The position numbers and the translations under genes were made by a program. Below are positions 1 to 7,342 of a stretch of 64,000 bases of DNA, piece after piece. The notes under the pieces were generated by a model. The model was not told the DNA's origin. It ran no database searches and worked only from the letters and a program-made list of their open reading frames with translations. Source of the DNA: Candidatus Hydrogenedens terephthalaticus JGI OTU-1 (GTDB lineage: Bacteria; Hydrogenedentota; Hydrogenedentia; Hydrogenedentales; Hydrogenedentaceae). The DNA is taken from positions 2,287 through 66,286 of the forward strand of contig AWNW01000013.1 of assembly GCA_000493945.1 (NCBI GenBank), in the 5' to 3' direction. The first letter of the stretch is position 1; each line of letters begins with the position of its first letter.

Positions 1-179
1 ATCTATTTCCTTTTGTCAAGTAAAAAATATATTTTTTTATAAAATTTTTTCTTTATCAAAAAAAATTAAAAATTTCCTCCACTATATATTTTATTGATTT
101 TTTTATTTCTTTATTGTTATAATTTATTTAGTTTATTTATTGTTTTTTATTGTATATCTTAAATGAAAAGGAGACTGAA

Positions 180-2402
180 ATGAGACACCGTGTTTTAAAT
201 TTATGTTTTGTTTGTTTTTTATCCATGCTTATTCTCTTTAATAGTTCTATTGCATTTTCACAAGAAGAAGTGCCTCGTGTTTTATTAGTAGGTGATAGTT
301 GGACAGGCTTTATGTGGGCATTCAGAACTTTTAAAGAAATTTTTAATGAAACACCCGGAATGGAGCATTTAAGAGAGATTGGTAGTCGAACCGCTATTAT
401 GGGAGCACGAGCATTTGAATTTTATCCTGAAGAATATAATTATATTCAAAATGTGAAGGAAGAATTAGCAAAGTATCCAACTATAGACATTGTATTAATG
501 ACATTAGGAGGTAATGATTTTCTTCGGGGAACTCCACAAACATCTCGTTGGAATTGTGATATGCTCTCTAACCCTGCACAAGAACAATATATCATCAATA
601 CTATTGTAAATTATATGAGTGGTATTATTGATGAAATTCTTGCGGTTCGACCTGACATCCGCATAGCCCTCTGTGGATATACCTTTGCGGGTAGGGACCG
701 TGGTGGATGTTCTATATGCGATCAACAAAATGCTTTCGTTCGTTTTGAACAAGCCAAAAAGGCTCTTGCTGATAGTAAACCACGGGTTTATTATGTCCAT
801 AACCTTGGACTCATGCAATATCATTTTGGCACATCAACCCCAACGAATTTACCTCCTAATTCTGTTCCTTATCCTGGTAATTACCCTTCTTATTCTCCTT
901 TTCCTGGTGGTGACCCTTGTTCCTTAGTTCATCCTAATGGACTTTTTGATGGCGACATTCATTTATCACAAGCAGGTTACAGGATATTAGCACAGAGATG
1001 TATGTCCGAATTTATCAGTCAATGGTTGGATTATCCAAAAGTTTATTTAATTAACAGTATTTCTTCTAATGGGAATACAATGACTTTTTCAGTAAGTTTT
1101 AGTGAGCCTGTTTCAAATGTTGATACCACTGATTTTAATGCCAAGGATAGTTTATCGTCTCCCCTTTCTATTCTTTCTGTTAATAATATTCAGGGAAATC
1201 GAATTTATAATGTAGTTGTGGATACTACAGGCGCTGTTGGGAATGTTACACTTTGTGTAATTGATGATGATTCCATTATAGATGCTACTTCAAAACCATT
1301 AGGAGGACCCGGCACAGGAAGTTCAGAAGGTAATGGTGATTTTTGTTATAACGGTGTTTGGGAATATCATGATTTCATCAGACAGCCCGACCATGAAATT
1401 GTAGCAGGTATGCAATATTTACATGAAAATCTTAGTGCCTATTATGTTTTATTGGGAGACCAGGGAGCGGAAGGTTTATCATTTAATCCTGATGAGTGTG
1501 ATTTAAATGGCGGACAAATTTCTATAGACCCAATTATTATTTCAGGGAATGGCATGTTAGATTCTTTAGAATTCTCTCTTATTACAGAATGTTATAATAA
1601 CTCTTCTATTGATTTTACGGCTAACGGAGGGGTAAGTCACCAAATCGCGGTAAATGCCTATAATCAAAATATGCAAAGGATGATAACTGATGTCGGAGGA
1701 ACTGATGGAATTGTATATACCATTTTCTACGGTTTACCTCAAATGTTAGCAGGATATATGACATTAGGTAATCAAGAGTCAACAATGATTCCTACGGTAA
1801 TTTCTATTGCGGCACAAGCCATTGACCCAAGTTTTAATATTCATGTAAACATAATTACTCCTATCTATTATCAACTGCTTCCTCAATACTTCGGTCCTGA
1901 TGGCGACGCGGATGGAGATGGCTGGACAAACAAACAGGAGTATGAATACTTCGTCCATTCCGACATGAGTTATGAGGAGAAAAAACAAGCGTATATTAAT
2001 TCTGCGTTAAATCCTGATGTATATCCCGGTTCGGATTGTGAGGAATGTCATACTTCTTCTACATTAGGTGGAATTTTTAAGGTAGGTTCCGATATTTGCT
2101 TGCGTGTTCCGGACCCTGTGGCTACAAATTCTTCATTTAACTGGTCAAAATTAAACGGTAGTTTAGAAGGAAGAGGATTAAATACCCATTGTCGTTCCCT
2201 CTGGATTCCTAATGCACAGATAGAGGATACAGGAATATATATATGTGAGTATGATAATGGGCAGAAGACAAATACCACTTACGAATTTCATGTTATCGTT
2301 TCGGATGAAGTTCCTATCAGTTCGGTATTAACACTTATACTATTTGTAGGCACTATAACTTTGTGTTCCGTTTTAATTATTAGAAAACAATATGTAAGAT
2401 AA
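180..2402 (+). CDS. Secreted, membrane-anchored multidomain protein with an N-terminal SGNH/GDSL-type hydrolase domain, Ig-like domains and a C-terminal TM anchor
   Basis: ORF 150..2402. The ATG at 180 follows AAAGGAG with a 7-nt spacer and is preferred over the TTG at 150. The N-terminus is hydrophobic and signal-like. SGNH blocks are present: VGDSW (I), LGGNDF (III) and DGDIH (V). Also seen are FSEPV-type bacterial Ig-like segments, an acidic DGDADGDGW stretch, an Ig-like DTGIYIC motif, and a terminal hydrophobic helix followed by RKQYVR. Confidence 0.6.
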   Translation: MRHRVLNLCFVCFLSMLILFNSSIAFSQEEVPRVLLVGDSWTGFMWAFRTFKEIFNETPGMEHLREIGSRTAIMGARAFEFYPEEYNYIQNVKEELAKYPTIDIVLMTLGGNDFLRGTPQTSRWNCDMLSNPAQEQYIINTIVNYMSGIIDEILAVRPDIRIALCGYTFAGRDRGGCSICDQQNAFVRFEQAKKALADSKPRVYYVHNLGLMQYHFGTSTPTNLPPNSVPYPGNYPSYSPFPGGDPCSLVHPNGLFDGDIHLSQAGYRILAQRCMSEFISQWLDYPKVYLINSISSNGNTMTFSVSFSEPVSNVDTTDFNAKDSLSSPLSILSVNNIQGNRIYNVVVDTTGAVGNVTLCVIDDDSIIDATSKPLGGPGTGSSEGNGDFCYNGVWEYHDFIRQPDHEIVAGMQYLHENLSAYYVLLGDQGAEGLSFNPDECDLNGGQISIDPIIISGNGMLDSLEFSLITECYNNSSIDFTANGGVSHQIAVNAYNQNMQRMITDVGGTDGIVYTIFYGLPQMLAGYMTLGNQESTMIPTVISIAAQAIDPSFNIHVNIITPIYYQLLPQYFGPDGDADGDGWTNKQEYEYFVHSDMSYEEKKQAYINSALNPDVYPGSDCEECHTSSTLGGIFKVGSDICLRVPDPVATNSSFNWSKLNGSLEGRGLNTHCRSLWIPNAQIEDTGIYICEYDNGQKTNTTYEFHVIVSDEVPISSVLTLILFVGTITLCSVLIIRKQYVR

Positions 2403-2418
2403 AAAATCAGTAAGACAT

Positions 2419-2454
2419 AACCCCTTAAACATATTTTGTGTTTAAGGGGTTTTT
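2419..2454 (+). terminator. Intrinsic terminator hairpin between convergent genes
   Basis: A 13-bp perfect stem, aaccccttaaaca (2419-2431) with tgtttaaggggtt (2439-2451), has a 7-nt loop and runs into TTTTT. Confidence 0.6.
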
Positions 2455-2456
2455 AT

Positions 2457-3374
2457 TTAATCTGCAATTCTCGATAATCCATACAATTTTGCGTAATGAA
2501 TAGCCTCTTCAATTTCCCCCCGCATAGGTCTTCGTGAAATTTTTGAATAACATGGATTATACAGAACTTTATAAGTAGGTCGGTACTGCTCCATGATGTT
2601 GATATAGGTATTTTTTGAAATCTCTTTTGCTAACCATTTTAATATTTCTTTTGTTTCATGAATTAATCCAGGCATCACAAGATGCCTTACTAACAATCCT
2701 CGTTGAGCAATACCATCAGAACTTATTACTAAATCTCCTACCTGACGATGCATCTCTTTTATAGACTCTTTTACTATATTCGGATAATTTTTAGCATTAG
2801 AATATTTGCATGCCGTTTCTTCTTCCCAATATTTTATATCGGGCATGTAAATGTCAATCCAGTTTCCAAGTATTTTTAATGAATCAATACTATCATAAGA
2901 ATTTGTGTTGTAAACGATAGGAAGTTGTAATCCACCTTGTTTTGCGATAATTAGTGATTCGATAATTTGAGGGATTACATGGGAAGGCGAAACAAGATTG
3001 ATATTATGACACCCCAAAGACTGTAAGTTTAACATCATTTCTGCAATAATTTCTGCGGAACATTCAGGACCTGATGGATATTGACTTATTTCATAATTCT
3101 GACAAAATACACAATTCAAATTGCACCCACTAAAAAATATCGTGCCCGAACCGTGCCATCCTACCAGACAGGATTCTTCTCCAAAATGTGGAAAGGCACT
3201 TGAAACCCTTGCATAGCGACCTATCTTACAATGACCTATTTCATTTTCTAATCTATTAACACCACACTTCCGTGGACATGCACAACAATTTTGTAGTGTT
3301 TTACTTACCCATTCAAGATATTTTTTTTCCTTATCTTTATCAATACCTAAATATACAGGTTTCTTATCTATCAT
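2457..3374 (-). CDS. Radical SAM protein, PflX-like (homolog of pyruvate formate-lyase activating enzymes)
   Basis: The CX3CX2C motif is CNLNCVFC. An N-terminal extra Cys cluster reads CCACPRKCGVNRLENEIGHC. The length is 305 aa. Confidence 0.75.
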   Translation of the reverse strand: MIDKKPVYLGIDKDKEKKYLEWVSKTLQNCCACPRKCGVNRLENEIGHCKIGRYARVSSAFPHFGEESCLVGWHGSGTIFFSGCNLNCVFCQNYEISQYPSGPECSAEIIAEMMLNLQSLGCHNINLVSPSHVIPQIIESLIIAKQGGLQLPIVYNTNSYDSIDSLKILGNWIDIYMPDIKYWEEETACKYSNAKNYPNIVKESIKEMHRQVGDLVISSDGIAQRGLLVRHLVMPGLIHETKEILKWLAKEISKNTYINIMEQYRPTYKVLYNPCYSKISRRPMRGEIEEAIHYAKLYGLSRIAD

Positions 3375-3540
3375 TTGTAAGATTTCAAAAAAATTTATTC
3401 TAATTAAATTACAAAATATATCATTACCTCATTTATTCAAAAATTTTATTTGTTAATAATATAATAAATAAAATTTTCTTTTGTAAAGATGATTAAGATA
3501 TACCTTATTGATATATCACATTTTACAAATGATTTGAAAT

Positions 3541-3569
3541 TTGACTTTTTAATATTATTTCGTCATTAT
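3541..3569 (+). promoter_or_regulatory. Sigma70-like promoter candidate for the DUF1559 gene
   Basis: TTGACT (3541-3546), a 17-nt spacer, then CATTAT (3564-3569). It lies about 65 nt upstream of the ATG at 3636, which has a GGAGG RBS. Confidence 0.3.
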
Positions 3570-3635
3570 AATTATATGTTTAATGTTTAATAGTATCATT
3601 TTTAAAATTAATAAACTAACGATAGGAGGTTTTGT

Positions 3636-4616
3636 ATGAAGAAATTTAAGAAAGGTTTTACGCTAATCGAACTGTTAGTCGTTATTGCTATTATCGGAAT
3701 TCTTGCTGCCATTTTATTGCCTGCATTAGCAAGGGCTCGTGAAGCGGCAAGAAGGTCAAGTTGCCAGAACAATTTAAAACAATGGGGATTGGTGTTCAAG
3801 ATGTATTGTGGTGAAGCAAAGGGCGAAAGATTCCCAAGAATTCTCGTAAGAGAAGGCTCACAACCCATATACAGAGATTGTGATATTGCCAATCCTCCAT
3901 ATACTACTTTTACAAGGTCTGTATTCCTTGCTATGGGTCCTGATTTAACAACTTTGTATCCTGAATACCTAACGGACCCTGCGATAATTTTCTGCCCATC
4001 CGATGCACAAAGTAATATAAAAGATGTTACCAACGATGCTACAGGTGAGAATACAGCGGGTTGGTTATGCACTAATGAACATTATGGTGCAGCTGCAATA
4101 GATGAAAGTTATGTGTATATAGGTTGGGTTTTAGACCGAGCCAAAACTACAGATAACCCTATGACATTACCAGCGGTTCCTCCCCTTATTAACCAGCCTG
4201 TGACAGGACCCGGACAAGTTGTTGAACTTGCTTTAAATACACTCGTTCCTGTTTTTGCTAATCCATCACAATGGCCCAATCTCGTTGATAAAGATGTAGC
4301 AGTATCAGCAGGTAATGGCAATGGAGGTGGCAATACAGTATACCGATTAAGAGAAGGAATTGAAAGATTTTTAATCACTGATATTAATAATCCAGCATCT
4401 TCTGCTCAAGCACAGAGTTCTGTGTGGATTATGCTCGACCATGTTTCAAGCAAACCTGAAGGGTTTAATCATATTCCCGGTGGCTCTAATGTGCTTTATA
4501 TGGATGGGCATGTAGAATTCATTCGTTATGTTGCTGAAGACCCATTAAATCCAACAGGAGCCGGGACACCTCCTGTAAATGCAGGTATGGCTGAAGTTAT
4601 TGGTATGTTTATTTAG
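3636..4616 (+). CDS. DUF1559-type protein with a prepilin (type IV pilin-like) N-terminal cleavage/methylation signal
   Basis: The N-terminus [49 protein letters not shown] is the classic G/FTLIE pilin signal plus the DUF1559 lead-in. The C-terminal [12 protein letters not shown] motif is also present. Confidence 0.85.
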   Translation: MKKFKKGFTLIELLVVIAIIGILAAILLPALARAREAARRSSCQNNLKQWGLVFKMYCGEAKGERFPRILVREGSQPIYRDCDIANPPYTTFTRSVFLAMGPDLTTLYPEYLTDPAIIFCPSDAQSNIKDVTNDATGENTAGWLCTNEHYGAAAIDESYVYIGWVLDRAKTTDNPMTLPAVPPLINQPVTGPGQVVELALNTLVPVFANPSQWPNLVDKDVAVSAGNGNGGGNTVYRLREGIERFLITDINNPASSAQAQSSVWIMLDHVSSKPEGFNHIPGGSNVLYMDGHVEFIRYVAEDPLNPTGAGTPPVNAGMAEVIGMFI

Positions 4617-4703
4617 TAATTATATTCGTAATTTACATTATATTGTATAAACAATGAATATAAAAAGAAAGAGGTAAAACTCTTGTAATATTACTGTTGT
4701 AAT

Positions 4704-4740
4704 AAAGGTAGGGACGATAAATTTTTCGTCCCTACCTTTT
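4704..4740 (+). terminator. Intrinsic terminator hairpin
   Basis: A 14-bp stem, aaaggtagggacga with tcgtccctaccttt, has an 8-nt loop and a T-rich 3' end. Confidence 0.6.
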
Positions 4741-4863
4741 CTATCTGAATTGCGTTATTCCCGGCTATAGCGACAGATTTAACCTGTAAATTGCCTTCAC
4801 AATATAACGAATGATAAAACTACAAAGGTATGCAGTATAAACCAACTCAAAAAGGAGATTTCT

Positions 4864-6252
4864 TTACTGAAGTAATTTCCCTTGATATTCACCTGTTAGA
4901 GTCTTTAAGAACTTTGTGATTTTTTCTTCTTCTGTTTTGGGTATTTGTTTACCTACTTGATACTTCAACATAATATTTACTACCTCCTGCAAGTCATCTG
5001 TAGAACCATCATGTAGATAGGGTTGTGTAACTGCAATATTGCGAAGCAAGGGGACTTTGAATTTATGTTTATCTTCTTCGTTTTTCGTTACATTGTATCT
5101 TCCCAAATCGGCTTCTTTTATTTCTTCACCACGGTCTTTAAAGTAATCTGCTTTTAAGCCCATCTTCTCATAAGATTGACCGCCCATAGCCTTGCCTACA
5201 TGACAGGTAGCACATCTGTATTTTTTGAAGAGAGCATATCCTTCTTTTTCCTCAGCGTTAAGTGCATCTGCCTTACCTAATAAAAATTGGTCAAATCGTG
5301 AATTGGGAGTAATAAGGGTCTTTTCAAACTCTGCTATAGCATTTGTAAAATTCTCCTTGTTATATCCAGAGGGATATACTTCAAGGAAAGATTTTGTAAA
5401 TTCTTCATCCTGATTTAGTTTTGATGTTACTTCTTCCCAGTTAGAAGCCATTTCTATTGGATTGTTCACAGGACCGTCTGCCTGCTCTTGTAAATCTTTG
5501 GCACGACCATCCCAGAACTGAACAAAGTTAAACAATGCATTATAAACTGTGGGGGCATTTATAGGACCGATAGCACCCCCTACACCTTCAGAAAATTTCT
5601 TGCGGTCAACACCGCCAGTTCCTAAATCATGACATCCTGCACAAGCAAGGCTATTATCCTTGGATAATCTTTTATCGTGATATAGTTTATCCCCTAATGC
5701 TACTTTCTTCTCGTCTACATTTACTTTTTGTGGTAAAGGTTGAACAACTTCTTCTTTTAATTTTTCTGGAATACCCTCAGTGGCATAGTGTTTGGCTCGT
5801 GTAGATTTTACCCATGTTAAGATTAAATTTTGTTCTTCTTTTGATAACATACTATCCCAATGTAAGGCAATATACCGCAAGGGTGGCATCTCATTCATTA
5901 ATGTTGTATGTTCAATTTTTGCTAATGCCACTTCTGTAGGTGGTTTGTTTTCCCCGGGAAACAATTCCTTTACCATATTCATATAAAACAAACCTAATTT
6001 AATATCTGCCTCTATAATTCCTTTGGCTATAGGAAAGTTTGCATAGAAAGGAAGTTTATATTCTTTCGTATGACAATTCACACATTTTTTTTCCAATATG
6101 GGTAATACTTTTGCAAATGCTGGTTCATCTACTTTTTGATTTGTAATAGTAGTACCGACGGGTGGACCTACAATAAGGTTTAATATAGGAAAGGCTAATG
6201 CTAAAAGGATACCAATAACAAGCAAAATGACTACATACTTTTTCATACACAC
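4864..6252 (-). CDS. Cytochrome c peroxidase (CCP/MauG family) with an extra N-terminal heme-binding domain
   Basis: Three CXXCH motifs are present: CVNCH, CAGCH and CATCH. An N-terminal TM/signal helix is present. The PLLRNIAVTQPYLHDG region is typical of di-heme CCPs. Confidence 0.85.
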   Translation of the reverse strand: MCMKKYVVILLVIGILLALAFPILNLIVGPPVGTTITNQKVDEPAFAKVLPILEKKCVNCHTKEYKLPFYANFPIAKGIIEADIKLGLFYMNMVKELFPGENKPPTEVALAKIEHTTLMNEMPPLRYIALHWDSMLSKEEQNLILTWVKSTRAKHYATEGIPEKLKEEVVQPLPQKVNVDEKKVALGDKLYHDKRLSKDNSLACAGCHDLGTGGVDRKKFSEGVGGAIGPINAPTVYNALFNFVQFWDGRAKDLQEQADGPVNNPIEMASNWEEVTSKLNQDEEFTKSFLEVYPSGYNKENFTNAIAEFEKTLITPNSRFDQFLLGKADALNAEEKEGYALFKKYRCATCHVGKAMGGQSYEKMGLKADYFKDRGEEIKEADLGRYNVTKNEEDKHKFKVPLLRNIAVTQPYLHDGSTDDLQEVVNIMLKYQVGKQIPKTEEEKITKFLKTLTGEYQGKLLQ

Positions 6253-6370
6253 ACTCCTTATTCAAATCTGTTACAAACTTCTCCCCAACCCTAATCCTTG
6301 AAATTAGTATAATATATTCAGTATGTTTTTTCAACTATCATGTAATATATAACTAAAATAAAAAAAGACC

Positions 6371-7285
6371 ATGCTAAAAAATACATATAAAAATTTTAAA
6401 GACACTAATTCATATCATTTAATAGATTCCGGTGACCGACTCAAGTTAGAACAAATAGGTCCTTATAAAATTATTCGTCCTGCACCTGAAGCATGTTATC
6501 CTAAAACTCTCCCGGATTTATGGGAAAAGGAAATAGATGCTATATATATTCGTTCAGATGAAGGTGGTGGGCATTGGGAATATCTGACCCTTATACCTCA
6601 ACAATTTCCTATCTCTATACAAGATTTTAATGTATATGCAAAGATAACAAGTTTTGGACATATTGGTTTTTTTCCGGAACATCTTAATTTATGGAATTTT
6701 TTGCTGAACCTCCGAATAAAAAATACAGATACTGTCAATGTTTTAAATCTCTTTGCATATACAGGTCTCTCTACAGTAGCATGCGTTAAAAAGGGCTTTC
6801 ATGTATGTCATGTGGATTCTTCAAAAGGGATGGTTGAATTGGCAAAGATGAATATAATACTAAACAATTTAAATGAGAACTCTGTGAGATGGATGGTAGA
6901 AGATGTAAAAAAATTTGTTAGTAGAGAAATTAAAAGAGGTAAAACTTATAATGGGTTTATTCTTGACCCTCCATCTTTTGGAAGAGGACCTAAAAATGAA
7001 ATCTGGAAATTAGAACAGCATATATCCGGTTTATTAGATGATTTAATGATGCTCTGTAAGGGTTCCCCTTTATTTATTTTTCTTACATGCTATTCTTCCG
7101 ACTTTACACCTATTATTCTGGAAAGAATATTAAGGACATATATAAAGAAAGACGGTATTTTTTTATCAGGAGAATTGACAATAAAAGAAGTTTCGGGACA
7201 TCTCTTTTCATCTGGGGGAGCATGTTGTATTTACATCCAAAATGAACTTTATCCTGACAATGTCCCAATTTTTCGACATTATTAA
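6371..7285 (+). CDS. Class I SAM-dependent methyltransferase (RlmI/RlmK-like catalytic core)
   Basis: Motif I is VLNLFAYTGLSTVA and motif IV is ILDPPSFG. Confidence 0.7.
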   Translation: MLKNTYKNFKDTNSYHLIDSGDRLKLEQIGPYKIIRPAPEACYPKTLPDLWEKEIDAIYIRSDEGGGHWEYLTLIPQQFPISIQDFNVYAKITSFGHIGFFPEHLNLWNFLLNLRIKNTDTVNVLNLFAYTGLSTVACVKKGFHVCHVDSSKGMVELAKMNIILNNLNENSVRWMVEDVKKFVSREIKRGKTYNGFILDPPSFGRGPKNEIWKLEQHISGLLDDLMMLCKGSPLFIFLTCYSSDFTPIILERILRTYIKKDGIFLSGELTIKEVSGHLFSSGGACCIYIQNELYPDNVPIFRHY

Positions 7286-7286
7286 T

Positions 7287-7320
7287 AAAAAAGGGAGATA
7301 AGAAATTAATCTTATCTCCC
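7287..7320 (-). terminator. Intrinsic terminator for the EF-hand protein gene
   Basis: A perfect 10-bp stem, gggagataag (7293-7302) with cttatctccc (7311-7320), is flanked by A6 at 7287-7292. That run is a T-run on the minus strand. Confidence 0.6.
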
Positions 7321-7342
7321 AATCTATGTATTATTTTAATGT

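Noticed and set aside
3608-4378. Minus-strand ORFs 3608..4072 and 4109..4378
   Set aside because: They are antisense to the well-supported DUF1559 pilin-like gene and have no motifs.
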